The notes under the pieces: model-generated
Databases searched by the model: none
Told to the model about the DNA's origin: nothing
Seen by the model: only the letters and a program-made list of their open reading frames with translations
Source of the DNA: Octopus vulgaris
Taxonomy: Eukaryota
Direction: 5' to 3'
DNA: 64,000 nucleotides
Assembly: GCA_951406725.2 (NCBI GenBank)
Contig: OX597827.1
Coordinates: 45,756,001 to 45,820,000, forward strand
In this document: in pieces, positions 13,211 to 27,436 of the stretch
How positions within the stretch are numbered: the stretch's first letter is position 1
Layout of the letters: the number at the start of each line of letters is the position of its first letter
Made by a program: the position numbers and the translations under genes

Positions 13211-13751
13211 CAATACTGAGAGGATAAGAAACGGAACGAAGCGAAGAATCGAACGAACCCGACGCGAAGCGCTGTCAGACAATAGTGTAATAAATAAAAT
13301 ATATGCATACATACAAACATATATGTACATACCTACATCTACATGTATATATACATGTAGATGTGCTTGTTTTACCCCTCTGCGAGGTTATTTTATTTTA
13401 ATTCTCTCGCAGGAAGGCCTAGTATTGACGAGTCGTGTCCTGTCTTGCCTTCGAAACACGCTTAAATCTACTAGCGACAGCTGATGATTGGGGATTTTCC
13501 TTGTGTAGCTTGTCCTGTACCTTGTTTTTCTGTTGCAAATAATGTTTTTCCTGTTTTCATTCTCGTCCTGTTCCACGTCTCTGTCTTTCTGTTGTAAAAA
13601 AATGTCTTTTCCGTTTTCGTTTCTGTTGAGTTCTACGTCTTTTTGTGGTGTCCTGTACTTACGTATATATATTTATATATGCATGTATATATACATGTAG
13701 ATGTAGGTACGTACATATATGTTTGTATGTATGCATATATTTTATTTATTA

Positions 13752-13757
<6 letters not shown>
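13209..13757. mobile_element. (TA)n-embedded element with about 75-bp inverted repeats
   Basis: 13283-13358 atagtgtaataaataaaatatatgcatac..catg is inverted at 13683-13757; both ends abut TA tracts. Confidence 0.6.
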
Positions 13758-13786
<29 letters not shown>

Positions 13787-13788
<2 letters not shown>

Positions 13789-14144
13789 CGCAGGTGTGGC
13801 TGTGTGGTAAATAGCTTGCTTACCAACAACATGGTTCCGGGTTCAGTCCCACTGCCTGGCACCTTGGGCAAGTATCTTCTACTATAGCCTCGGGCCGACC
13901 AAAGCCTTATGAGTGGATTTGGTAGACGGAAACTGAAAGAAGATCGTCGTAAATATATATGTATATATATATATGTGTGCGTATATGTTTGTGTGTCTGT
14001 GTTTGTGCCCCTTAGCAGTTCGGCAAAAGAGACCGATAGAATAAGTACTGGGCTTACAAAGAATAAGTCCCGGGGTCGAGTTGCTCGATTAAAGGCGATG
14101 CTCCAGCATGGCCGCAGTCAAATGACTGAAACAAGTAAAAGAGT
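13787..14144 (+). mobile_element. SINE family A, followed by inverted partial copy 14163-14285
   Basis: Similar to 787-1212. Confidence 0.9.
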
Positions 14145-14281
14145 ATACATATATGTGTATATACGACGGGGTTCTTTCAGTTTCCGTCTACCAAATCCAT
14201 TCACCAGGTGTCACGCTGTGGGACTGAGCCTGGGACCATGTCGTTAGGAATCAAACTTCTAACCATTCGGCCACGCCCGCT

Positions 14282-14346
<65 letters not shown>

Positions 14347-14402
14347 CATATACATATATATATGAAGACAGACAGCCAAACACACTCACACACGTTGTCA
14401 GG

Positions 14403-14447
<45 letters not shown>

Positions 14448-14518
14448 CTCACTCACTCACTCTCTCTCTCTCACTCTCTCTCTCTCTCTCTCACTCTCTC
14501 TCTCTCACTCTCTCTCTC

Positions 14519-14580
<62 letters not shown>

Positions 14581-14712
14581 GCCGAAATTGCGAGGATGGT
14601 CCGGTTCTTTGTGTCGTGTTTTTTGTGTCGTCTTCTAGTGTTTCACGTTCTTGTCCCGGTTTGTGTTTTTTTACTTTTATATATACATATATATAGGGAG
14701 GGGGAGAGATAA

Positions 14713-14784
<72 letters not shown>

Positions 14785-15431
14785 CTATTAATACATACAT
14801 ACATACATACATACATACATACATACATACATACATACATACATACATACATACATACGTACATTAACACGGTCGGAATGGGAGATAGTTTGTAAGTCAG
14901 GATGAAGGAAAGCAAGAAAGCATTAAGCAGACCATATCACAGAATCTGGAGCAAAGGAAGAAAGAAATGCCTACACACATGTATACACACAGACATGCAA
15001 AAACAGAACGGATCGAAGACAGAAGGTTATTCACCGCAACGAAAATTAAATTGATGTTGCACAACAACAACAGCAACAACAACAAAAACAACAACATGTA
15101 ATAATTGAAAAAAAAAAATCCCATATTATTGGAAGATTATTCTAAAGGACATTTGGTTTTTTTGATGTATTTTCAAAATTTTTCTCCTTCAATTATATTT
15201 TGTATGGAAATACAATTTCGCAATGATTCTTCAAGTATTTTATTTTATGAAGAACGACAGAAAGTTTTGCTTCTTTTCCTTTTTAACTTCCAGTTCTTTA
15301 AATTTTAGAAAATTTAGAAAATTTAGAAATTCATCTTATGAAAAAGAAAAGAATTATTTTTTTTTAAACTCCTTTTTATACTGAACTGTTGCATATACAT
15401 ACACACTTATACACACACACACACACACACA

Positions 15432-15499
<68 letters not shown>

Positions 15500-15552
15500 C
15501 CTCTATTTACATATTGAGGTCTCTTTCTTTCTTTTGTTATCTTACCGTTTTT

Positions 15553-15595
<43 letters not shown>

Positions 15596-15645
15596 ATATA
15601 TATATATATAATGTATATATATATATGTATATATATGTATATATA

Positions 15646-15712
<67 letters not shown>

Positions 15713-16269
15713 CTATATATATATATATATATATGTCTGTATATATATTTATATATATATATACATGCTTACACATTCTTTCGCACATGTACACACACGT
15801 ATATATATATGATTATGTATACATGTATTTATTCATATAGACGCACACATACATGCACACTCGTTGACGCGCACCTACACACACAACATACACACACATA
15901 CAACACACGTACACACACACACGCGCGCGCGCGCGCACGCACACACATGTGTATTGCTTTCGTCTTGAAAAGATATAAATAATTGAAACATATTTATAAA
16001 CCTTTAAATTTTTGTTGAAATAATTAAGTGCCGAATACATTACCGAGTCTGTGATTACACACGCTGCTACACACTCACACATACACACATACTTGCACAC
16101 ACACACCTATGTGTATGTATGTATGTATGTATGTATGTATGTATGTATGTATTTATGTATGTATGTATATATGTGTGTGTGTGAGTGTGTATGTAAAATG
16201 GTTATAGCAACAGATGTAGCCTCGTTTTACTTCTTTCCAATGTGCTGAAGGAGTAGAATATATAACGGT

Positions 16270-16627
16270 TTATTTCTTTATTGTATACCAATTTTTCCTT
16301 TTGTCAAAAGAATATAGGGATCTTTTCAATTCTGAAGCCAGTTTTTTCAAATTTTTCCTACTGAACCAAACAATTTGAAACTTCGTATACTGGTAGAATG
16401 TGTCAAAAGTAAACTTAATTGTAAACCAGAATGAAAACGGAATTGTAACTTCTAAGTTTAACGTTGTTTAATAATTAGAATTTTAACCAATGATATTCCG
16501 TCATTCGGCTTTATTTTATTTACTCCGTCTCGACCACCAATTTGGTGACGTATTAAACATCTTAAATGTAAACAAAGCGATTACGCTCACACACGCATAT
16601 ATATAATTATACATATATTACACGCAC

Positions 16628-16671
<44 letters not shown>

Positions 16672-16805
16672 GTGTATATATATATATATATCATCAGTTT
16701 AATTATATAAGGCTCACAATTTTAGATATTTAATACATCCGCACGAATATGTGTGTTTATTTATTTCATAAATATTTACATACATATATGAACATACATA
16801 TATGC

Positions 16806-16884
<79 letters not shown>

Positions 16885-17330
16885 GAGGGAGAGAGAGAAA
16901 AGGACAGACAGACAGACAGACAGAAAAAAGGAGGACGTTTTATTTCAATGAGTTCAAGCAAGATAAATGTAATATAGTAAGAGAGGGGGAGGCAGACAGA
17001 CTTACAAAGAGAGAGCAGACTACGTCACAAAACTGCTTTCAACGTCACACTAACAGATCGCAGTAACGTTTTAGATATGAAAACAAGCAATCTCATTGGT
17101 TAAAATTCGCAGTTTTAATCTACGATTAAAGTCATAAAATAGATTTTTCTCAAATAAACTAGTTCCAACTGGCGAATAAACTAGTTCCACTCTATGAGTA
17201 CACGAAGTTTCAAATTATTTAGTTAACTAGAAAGATCTGGGGTCCTGGCCACGATATTGAAAAGATCCGAATATAGGAATAAAGAAGCAAAAGAATAATG
17301 GAGCAAAAGAATATAAGTATAAAGGAATAG
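16270..17330. mobile_element. Old DNA-transposon-like element or inverted pair with diverged long inverted ends
   Basis: ggatcttttcaat..tttgaaacttcgt..aattttaaccaatga (16318-16493) mirrored by tcattggttaaaatt..acgaagtttcaaa..attgaaaagatcc (17093-17268). Confidence 0.55.
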
Positions 17331-17725
17331 AATGAAACATGAAGTTAGATATTATGAAACGTATAAAACGGTGTAAGGTATTGTCTAGTATTTTTTTTTT
17401 TTTTAGCTTCGTGGCGATTAAATATTTTGTTCCGTAGTGGGTGACGTTATGATTTTAATGCACTAGAATACGAGTTGGATTTCTTACGATGGCGTGGGAT
17501 TACTTTAGAGTAGTGCTCTTCAGTCGGTATGCCGCGGCGGTACACTGGTGTGTCACGAGGCGATGCAACGTGTGCCGCAGTGTTAGACCATTTTTTTGCG
17601 TATGTAGCCCTTGGGTCCTATTTTACTTAGGTGAGCCCTCATAGCCATTCGAGGCTTCAAAAAAAAAAAACGGTGCCCCAGCATGGCCACAGCTCATTAG
17701 CTGAAACTGGAAAAATCAAAATCAA

Positions 17726-17772
<47 letters not shown>

Positions 17773-17777
<5 letters not shown>

Positions 17778-18094
17778 GTTCTCAAACGTTTTTGGTTCGC
17801 CGCCCTCCATTCGTGGCCACATAACACCCCAGCGCTCCCAACCCTATTTTTATATATAAATAAATATCATATTTTACTAATTTATATATACTATGACTCA
17901 TTTGATATTTAATAAAATATTATATAATTTGTATACAGTACTATAACAATATTATAATAAATTCATAGCGTCCCCCCAGTCCACTGCCTTCATCCCAACG
18001 CCTCCTTTTTCTCTACCACCCTTAGGCACCAGCGCCCATCTGGGCCGTCTCAACACGCACCAGGCAGCGGTAGCGCCCACTTTGAGAACCTATG
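17773..18094. mobile_element. hAT (Charlie-like) MITE
   Basis: TIRs cagaggttctcaaa / tttgagaacctatg, typical hAT CAGRGGTTCTCAA end. Confidence 0.7.
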
Positions 18095-18126
18095 TATTAT
18101 ATTTTTATGATTAAATATTCTTAGAC

Positions 18127-18510
18127 GGCGGCGAGCTGGTAGAAACGTTAGCACGCCGGGCGAAATGCGTAGCCGTATTTCGTCTGCCGTTACGTTTTGA
18201 GTTCAAATTCCGCCGAGCTCGACTTTGCCTTTCATCCTTTCGGGGTCGATAAATAAAGTTACGCAGTGGGGTCGATGTAATCGACTTAATCTGTTTGTCT
18301 GTCCTTGTTTGTTCTCTTTGTGTTTAGCCCCTTTTGGGTAGTAAAGAAATAGGTATTTCACCCGTCGCTAAGTTCTGAGCGCAAATTCCCCGAGGTCGAC
18401 TTTGCCTTTCATCCTTTCGGGGTCGATAAATTAAGTACCAGTGAAACACTAGGGTGAATCTAATCGACAAGCCCCACAAGTTCAAGCCTTGTGCCTATAG
18501 TAGAAAGAAT
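18127..18510 (+). mobile_element. tRNA-derived SINE, family B (Meta/MESC-like central domain), two internal units
   Basis: Head ggcggcgagctggtagaaacgttagcacgcc..gagttcaaattcc; core gactttgcctttcatcctttcggggtcgataaa..agtacca. Confidence 0.85.
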
Positions 18511-18961
18511 AATTAAATATCCTTATTTCGTTTTTGGATTTGGTTTGCAAGATTCATTATATGAGTTTGTGTTGAAGCATATTCTGTTGTGTCTGGGGAG
18601 AGTCATTCTGTTTAGGTGTCTGAAAATTTAAAACACTCACCGGTAAAATTTCCACTTCTTAGAAATTGTATTAAAATTGTTAAAGTATTTTGTATTTCGT
18701 AGAAGTATAACCAGTTACTTGTAGGTGAATTTTAACAACAAACTCTTATATGGACGTCCAAGAGTCGGATGGACTTCGGTTGAGAGGTCGGGTGGACCTC
18801 GATTGAAGGCAACTGCTTTGGAGGGATGTATTTTTTTATTGTTCATCATCGTCTTTTATGTTACTTGTTTCAGTCATTCGAATGCGACCATTCTGGGGCA
18901 TTGCCTTGAAGGGCTTTAGTCGAACAAATCGACTCCAGTACTTAGTTTAAGTTTGGTACTT

Positions 18962-19352
18962 CTTATTTCTTTACTGCCCACAAGGGGCTACACACAGAGG
19001 GGACAAACAAGGACAGACAAACGGATTAAGTCGATTATACTGACCCCAGTGCATCGACCCCGAAAGGATGAAAGGCAAAGTCGACCTCGGCAGAATTTGA
19101 ACGTAGCGATAGACGAAATACCTATTTCTTTACTACCCACAAGAGGCTAAACACAAAAGGGACAGACAAGGACAGACAAACGGATTAAGTCGATTATATC
19201 AACCCCAGAGTGTAACTGGTACTTATTTAATCGACCCCGAAAGGATGAAAGGCGAAGTCGACCTCGGAGGAATTTGAACTCAGAAGGTAGCGGCAGACGA
19301 AATACTGCTAAGCATTTCGCCCGGCGTGCTAACGTTTCTGCCAGCTCGCCAC
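18962..19352 (-). mobile_element. SINE family B nested in a family A remnant
   Basis: Reverse complement of family B; tttggtactt on both sides; family A 3' sequence continues across the insertion (18860-18950, 19360-19450). Confidence 0.85.
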
Positions 19353-19560
19353 CTTATTTGGTACTTGTTCTATCGGCTCTTTTGCTGATCCGGTGAGTCA
19401 CCGGAACATAAACAAACCAACACCGGTTGTCGAGCCGTGAGGCGGACAAACACACACACGCATGTATATAATACGAAGGAATATAACAGATTTATGTATT
19501 TTAAAACATTTCGCCAGTTACTGAGGATTTCTTACACACACAAACTTGCACACACACACA

Positions 19561-19628
<68 letters not shown>

Positions 19629-19639
19629 TGTCTTTGTAA

Positions 19640-20240
19640 GGCAAACTTCTTCCAGTTTCCGTCTACAAAATTCATTCAAAAAGTATTGGTCGACCCGAGA
19701 CTATAATAGAAGACACTTGCGCAAGGTACCGCGCATTACGAATGAAACCTAAACCACATGGTCGCAAAACGAGCTTCGTAACCAAACAGCAATGCCTGCG
19801 ACTAATTAGTTTTTAGATGAATTTTACAATAATTATTCATGTATTATACTAAACCACTTCTCCGTTTTGGTTTGAGGTTCACTCCCACTGTGCAGCACCT
19901 TGGGCAAATGTCTTCTACTATAGCTTTGAGCCAAGCAATAATGCCCTATGAATGAATTTGGTAGACGGAAACTGTGTGGAAGCTCGCCGACATATATATG
20001 TGTGCGCGTGTGTATGTGTGTGTGTGTGTGTGTGTGTCTTTGTGTCTGTTTGTCCACCCACCGCTTGACAACCAGTGTTGGTTTGTTTACGTCTCTTTAA
20101 CCTATCGGTTCGGCAGAGTAGACCGATAGAATAAAGCTCAGACTTAAAAGGTAAGTATTGGGGTCGATTTGTTCGACTAAAAACTTTTAAGGTGCTGCTC
20201 CAGCATAGCCGCAGTCCAGTGACTGAAACAAGCTAAAGAA
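19640..20240. mobile_element. Two degenerate family A SINEs, head to head
   Basis: 19640-19800 minus partial; 19870-20240 plus, diverged. Confidence 0.7.
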
Positions 20241-20476
20241 GATAATTTTGAAATGTAAGAATGTATTTGGTTCGCAAAAATTACTTTGGTGAGTTATAGT
20301 AAATATTTTTCTTCGATTTTAAAAAGTTTTTTTTTATATAAATATTTAAAATGCGTATAAAAATTCTTTATCGAAAAAAAATTAAAAATTTATTCAAGTT
20401 TGAAATATAAAGCCTATTTGCTATTTGAACTGGTACACAACAGTGTTTATACAAAAGTAGAAATATATGTGTGTTG

Positions 20477-20903
20477 GCGGCGAGCTGGCAGAAACGTTAG
20501 CACGCCGGGCGAAATGCGTAGCCATATTTCGTCTAAGTAACGGCAGTTCAAATTCTGAGTTCAAATTCCGCCGAGGTCGACTTTGCCTTTCATCCTTTCG
20601 GGGTTAATAAATTAAGTACAAGTTACGCAGTGGGGTCGATATAATTGACTTTATCCGTTTGTCTGTCCTTGTTTGTCCTCACTGTGTTTATCCCCTTGTG
20701 GGTAGTAAAGAAATAGGTATTTCGCCTGCCGTTACGTTCTGAATTCAAATTCCGCCGAGGTCGACTTTGCCTTTCATCCTTTCGGGGTCGATTAAATAAG
20801 TACCAGTTACGCACTGGGTTCGATATAATCGACTTAATCCCTTTGTCTGTCCTTGTTTGTCTCCTCTATGTTTAGCTCCTTGTGGGCAATAACGAAATAA
20901 GAA
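20477..20903 (+). mobile_element. SINE family B with TSD
   Basis: Family B sequence, two units; agaaatatatgtgt repeated at 20459 and 20900. Confidence 0.9.
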
Positions 20904-21437
20904 ATATATGTGTTGTTTCAGATACGTTGTTTAATATATGTGTTTATATTTGTTTGTAAAGGTGATAAAAAATATTGTCGAAAAAGTTAGATTGGTATAA
21001 AAATAATGAAATATAAATAATAAAAAACAATGAAATATAAATAATAAAAAAAAGTACTAATTTGGAAATTGAAATTTATATATAAAGAATATAAAAAATG
21101 TATTTATAAAAATTATGGAAAATGAAACGAATGAAAAACAAAGAAATATGTCGAACTTGAAAAAAATTGAAAATGAATACTAAAAAAATATAAAAATAAA
21201 AAATATAAAAATAAAAAAAATTAATGTCGGTTGAATAAATTTAATGGGAAGTGAAACAAGTGTTTAGTGTTCAAAAGTTATTACTTCCACCACAAATGAA
21301 ATGAAAATCTGAAATACAGTTATCATTTAACAAACCACTCTAAAAAATATTAGCATTATAAAAAAAAAATTAAACATCGTCACACACTGCAATGATACTT
21401 TCACTTAAAACTATTATATCAAAAATAGCTTTAACCA

Positions 21438-21453
21438 GAAAGAAAACCCGTCG

Positions 21454-21550
<97 letters not shown>

Positions 21551-21770
21551 GTGTACATACATGTATGTATTTATGTGTATACATGTTTGTGTGTCTGTGT
21601 TTGCCTTCTCAACATCGCTTGACAACCGAAACTGGCGTGTTTACGCCCCCGTAACTTAGCCGTTTGGCAAATGAGACCGATAGAATAAGTACTAGGCTTA
21701 CAAAGAATAAGTCTTGGGGTCGATTTGCTCGACTAAAGGCGCTGCTCCATCACGGCCACAGTCAAATGAA
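21438..21770 (+). mobile_element. SINE family A 3' part with expanded (TG)n
   Basis: aagaaaacccgtcgtatata..catcgcttgacaaccg..gagaccgatagaataagtactagg. Confidence 0.85.
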
Positions 21771-21862
21771 TAATGGAACAGATACTGAAAAAAGAAGTGA
21801 TATTTTATAGGGTACAATACCCCGTTTAACATAGCGGTTGCAACACAAATAGCCTAGCTTAC

Positions 21863-22011
21863 TTTAAAGATTTTACTAAATTATCTTTCTCAGCCTTCTT
21901 TAACTTTGAGCACATACTTTCCCTTTGCTGGATGTGCAAACTCAAGAAACTGTCAACAAAATCAATCTGTAACTGTAGTGTAACTAACAATGGCCCATAG
22001 GCATCAAAGTG
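21863..22011 (-). other. Candidate 149-nt internal coding exon, unassigned
   Basis: Minus strand ttctttctgcag| ... |gtaagc with one open frame HFDAYGPLLVTLQLQIDFVDSFLSLHIQQRESMCSKLKKAEKDNLVKSL; no homology recognised. Confidence 0.25.
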
Positions 22012-22398
22012 CTGCAGAAAGAACTTTATTTGACAATATGAGATTAGATAGTTGTATATGCAATAGCATGTTCTTACATTAAAGTAGATGCTTTTTTCGG
22101 TGTGAATATACATGTGTGTATCTGTGTGTGTGTATGTGTGTGTGTGTGTATGCGTGTATGCGTGTGTGTGTGTCTGTGTGTTTTTACCCACATACACTCA
22201 CATGACACACATATACACATACATACACTTTACGAGGAACCGCTTTACGAGACACCGGGTTTACGAGTTTTTACGAATTTTAATTTCTGTTTACGAGTGG
22301 TCACTGGGAACAAATTAACTTGTGTACCGACGCACTACCGTACATACATATACATGCATACATACATATATATATATATTCATACATATATATACACA

Positions 22399-22443
<45 letters not shown>

Positions 22444-22718
22444 ATATATGCATATATATACATATACATACATATATATACATATATACATATACACACA
22501 CACATGTATATATACATATACACATATCTATCTATATATATATACATATGTACACATACATAAATACACACACACACACACACACATATATAGACACATA
22601 TATATTGATTGCTGGTAGGAACAGTTTTTCGTTATGCAACCATAACATACTACCAATTATATTAAAGGCTTGTAAGCCAAATGCTGCATCCTACCTGTGT
22701 TAGCAGTGCGATTCACTC

Positions 22719-22907
22719 ACTTTTTAAAGCTATCTCTTCAGATTTTGTCTAGAAATTAGAGCCAGCACTGAAAGTTACAACGTTCTTTGTACGGACACGT
22801 CTATGTAAACAATGCGATTGAAGAGAGAAAAACTGGTAAAATAGATAAAAAAATTTCAGTACTGGCTCAAATTTCTATTGAAAATCTTAGAGATAACTTT
22901 AAAAAGT
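22719..22907. mobile_element. MITE-like inverted repeat
   Basis: About 55-bp imperfect arms actttttaaagctatctc..gagccagcactgaaa / tttcagtactggctc..gagataactttaaaaagt. Confidence 0.65.
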
Positions 22908-23504
22908 TATTTTTAGTTATCTTCGCTGTGGCATTGTGACATCGTGATTTTGCCAACAGCCGAAATGCTTTTAAGCTAAAATGATAATTATCATGCGTAA
23001 CAGCAAGCAAACTGTTAATTTATTTGTAATTGTGACGTCTGTGACAGAATCAAAAGACTATTTTTCAAACTTGCATTGAAACAATTCTATTCTACAGGCA
23101 GAAAAAGCCAGAATCATTTCGCTGAAGAGATTAACACTGGATATCAATCTTCTCTTAGAATTTCCACTTGTAGCTTATTTCATACACAAAGAATAAGTAA
23201 TGACTGTTGAATTACCAAAATGCAAGCTTTCACAGCTGATAGCAGTTTACGTTCCATAGGATTAATTTTGACTGGAAATGCTTTGAAGTGACATGATATT
23301 CTTTTTGTTGCTCTTTTAGAATATAGAAAATCATGTTATGGAACAATATCGAGAAGGTAGTGGTTGTTGTGGTAGTGAAGTTGGAACTTCAGCACAAGAT
23401 ATGCGTATCCCATGTTAATGATGATGATGAAGCTAGTCAGATGCAATATTAGATTTGAAGAAGATATATACATGTTAGTGTGTTTACACAGCCACTCCTG
23501 CGCC

Positions 23505-23572
<68 letters not shown>

Positions 23573-23579
23573 TAATAAT

Positions 23580-23795
23580 ATCCTACGCAAAATACTTTCT
23601 ATGTAATCTCAGGGTTTAAAACAAACATAATTTTCGTTTTTTTTTTTGGACATTCACTAGTACAACACCCCCCCCCCCAAAATATGTGGCACAGTAGGCA
23701 TAACAACAACATGAACTGCCAACCTGTTGTCTCTTGAGGTCTCTGGGTGAGACTTGGAGCCAACTTGTACAAATATAAAGCAAAAGTCAAACATA

Positions 23796-23796
<1 letters not shown>
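23580..23796 (+). mobile_element. 5'-truncated 3' end of an RLE-type (Dong/R4-like) non-LTR retrotransposon in (TAA)n
   Basis: Begins ILRKILSM* (resembles the GTARILRKVL C-terminus of Dong/R4 ORFs), then 3' UTR; (AAT)n on both sides. Confidence 0.6.
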
Positions 23797-23859
<63 letters not shown>

Positions 23860-23860
<1 letters not shown>

Positions 23861-24195
23861 GGGGGAGCATCATAGCCATGTGTTGAGAGGAATTCTTTGG
23901 GGTTTGGATATTTCACCTCTGGAAACATGGGTGTTTCGTTCAACATCCTTAAACAACCCTTATTCAGGGACCTTTTGAGCAGGATGGGCTACTCGACCTG
24001 AAGAAAATTCTAACTGGGCCCCACCTGCAAGGTCATGCGCTGTTTATCTTGATATCAGATCACCATGTCGCGCAAATATGGTTGTGATGCATGTGCCTGG
24101 TGTACCCTTATCGGACGGGTAGTCATGATGGGTATACTGGGCTTCGTATATTTTACCCCAGTGTCACTTTGATGGCATGCACTGCTCTCTCACTC

Positions 24196-24196
<1 letters not shown>
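23860..24196 (+). mobile_element. Second (TAA)n-flanked interspersed element, probable non-LTR 3' UTR
   Basis: Complex higher-GC sequence sharply bounded by (AAT)n on both sides. Confidence 0.45.
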
Positions 24197-24251
<55 letters not shown>

Positions 24252-24284
24252 CAATCCTTTCTGCTATTGGCATGAAGCTAGCAA

Positions 24285-24616
24285 TTTTAAGGGGAAGGGG
24301 ACTAGTCGATTACATTGACCTTAGTCTTTCACTGGTACTTATTCTATCGATCCCGAAAGGATGAAAGGATATATACATGCATAAATATGTGTCTATGTGT
24401 GTGTGTGAGTATAGCACTGGAGACCAGTCGCGCCGTCCTCGAGTTCACCATGTAAAGGTGGTTTTATAGAGCAACTATGCGGAGTTGGGTGTCTATGTAC
24501 ACAACGAAACTGAATGTGTTTAACAAGCGGAATTTGAACTTAGAATATAAAAGAGACGGGACAAATGTCGCTGAGCATTTTCTCCTGCGCGGTAAGGAAT
24601 TCTTCCAACTCGCCGT
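24285..24616 (-). mobile_element. Degenerate family B-like SINE interrupted by a 163-bp insert
   Basis: actggtactta..tcgatcccgaaaggatgaaag | insert | cggaatttgaact..ccaactcgcc. Confidence 0.6.
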
Positions 24617-24846
24617 CATGGAACAGTAATATCAATAAATGACCACAGAAACATAACAACAAAACACAGCTACTTAACAACTATCGCAACAGAACAATAT
24701 CAACTGCAATAAACAAATACATCATCAAACAGCCATTATAGTGACATAACAACTAGAACAACGCAGCAACAACTAAATCGACATAACAAGTACAACTTAA
24801 CAACAACCATAGCACAACATCAACAACAACAACAACTACAACTACA

Positions 24847-24907
<61 letters not shown>

Positions 24908-25950
24908 TCACTACTACTGTTACTGCTACTGCTGCTACTTACTACAATAACAACAACAACACGGCAGCCGCAAGTGTTATGACTCGCTACAGCAACATGC
25001 AGCCATCACAACTAAATCGATATAACAAGCGCAACAACGGGACGGCTACAACTTAAGAACAACAGCAACAACAACAATTGCTGCTGCTTCTACTACTACT
25101 ACTACTACTACTACTAGTACTACTACTACTACTACTACAAGGCGACATCTGCAACCGTATCACTAGCTACAACAGCATAACAACTAAATCAGGATAACAA
25201 CTGCAATTTTATAATTCAGACAACAGGAATATAGCAACAATTGCAACAACATAGCGAAAACAAGTTAAGAGTTATATAATAACCACAACTAGCAAAAGGT
25301 AAGACAACACAACAACGTTACAGCATAACACAACTACAGCATCTACATTACATAATAAATAAGTAAATACAATAACAACAATCAGAGTATTATTTATATT
25401 TAAAAAAAAACAACTAACAACAAAAGTATAGCAACAGCTATAGGAATCCCAACAGCTTATAGCAATAACAACAACAACAAGAACACAACGACCACAGCAA
25501 CATAACAACAACCACAGCAACATGTATGCTGGAATGTGGAATTGATGTCGCTTCAGGGGATATATTTAGTTATTGGCAAAAATTAATTTCTTTATAAATA
25601 TATATGTTATGGGAAAACAATGCGGTAAAGTATGATTAAGTGAAACGGCGGCAGTTTGTCAGTGTTTAGAGGGAGAGGAAGGAGTAGGGTGAGGTTGGGA
25701 GAAGAGGGAGAGAAAAAATGTTGTATGGAAGAGAAGAGACGGCGAGAAATAGGAATGGAATGAACGAAAGATACGGACGGATAGGCAGGCAAAGTGAGAG
25801 GTAGAGAGATGGTGAGAGAGAGAGAGAGGGGGGAGAAGGGGGAGAGGGAGAGAGAAAGAGGCAAAGAGGTGAGTGTGAAAGAGAGAGGAGAGAGACGGGC
25901 AGACAGAGAGGCAAATACATAGATAGAAAGATAGATAGATAGATAGTTGA

Positions 25951-25997
<47 letters not shown>

Positions 25998-25999
25998 GT

Positions 26000-26055
<56 letters not shown>

Positions 26056-26507
26056 CAGACAAACAGACATACAGATAGATAGATAGACAAATAGATAGAA
26101 AGATAGATAGATAAATAGATAAATAGATAGACAGACATACAGATAGACAAACGGATAGATAAATAGAAAGGTAAATAGAATATCAAATAATGGCTAAACA
26201 GTTAGACTGAGGATATACACACATATACATACTTACGAGGATATATACATGCATAAATACGTGTGTGTGAACAAAACACTAGAAACTAGTCGAGCTGTCC
26301 TCGAGTTCACCCTGTAAAGGTGGTTTTATAGATCAACTATGCGGAGGTGGGTAGCTATGTACAGAACGAAGCTGAATGTGTTTAACAAGCGTATCTAAGC
26401 GTGTAATTGTTTCTAAGTTTTCAAACTTAGACACAATTACCCACGCGAACGCGCGCACACATGTGTATGTCTATATATATAGATATACATACATATATAC
26501 ATACATA

Positions 26508-26841
26508 GGCGCAGGAGTGGCTGTGTGGCAAGTAGTTTGCTTACCAACCACATGGTTCCGGGTTCAGTCTTGTGAGTGGATTTGATAGACGGAAACTGAA
26601 GGAAGCCCGTCGTATATATGTATATATGTATGTGTGTGTATATGTTTGTGTCTGTGTTTGTCCCTCCCTCCAACTTCGCATGACAACCGATGCTGGTGTG
26701 TTTACGTTCCTGTAAATCGGCAAAAGAAACCGATAGAATAAGTACTAGGCTTACAAAGAATAAGTCCTGGAGTCGACTAAAGGCTGCGCTCCAGCATGGC
26801 TGCAGTCAAATGACTGAAGCAAGTAAAAGGGTAAAAGAGTA
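26508..26841 (+). mobile_element. SINE family A with internal deletions
   Basis: Similar to 787-1212. Confidence 0.88.
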
Positions 26842-27066
26842 TAGATGTATACACACACATACGTATATATGTGTGTGTAGATAGATAGATAGATAGATAG
26901 ATGCACAGAGATGTACCTACTTGTATACATAAATTTGGTTTTTTCTATATAATGGGGAAAAAGAGATGCATATGACTAGCTTCAAAGTCTATTAACTTCT
27001 CGTCATTTCTGTCAACGGATCCAATTATATAATTAATAGATTTTTATAGTATATGTGTTTTTTGTT

Positions 27067-27436
27067 GGAAGCACTCCGTCGGTTACGACGACGAGGGTTC
27101 CGGTTGATCCGATCAACGGAACAGCCTGCTCGTGAAATTAACGTGTAAGTGGCTGAGCACTCCACAGACACGTGTACCCTTTACGTAGTTCTCGGGGATA
27201 TTCAGCGTGACACAGAGAGTGACAAGGCCGGCCCTTTGAAATACAAGTACAACAGAAACAGGACGTAAGAGTGAGAGAAAGTTGTGGTGAAAGAGTACAG
27301 CAGGGATCACCACCATCCCTGCCGGAGCCTCGTGTTTTCGCTCAATAAACACTCACAATGCCCGGTCTGGGAATCGAAACCGCGATCCTACGACCGCGAG
27401 TCCGCTGCCCTAACCACTGGGCCATTGCGCCTCCAC
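27067..27436 (-). mobile_element. SINE family C
   Basis: Near-identical to 5945-6328. Confidence 0.9.

Noticed and set aside
13400-13500. Hammerhead from TTGACGA / GAAA / CTGATGA words
   Set aside because: Could not build consistent stems I-III in any permutation.
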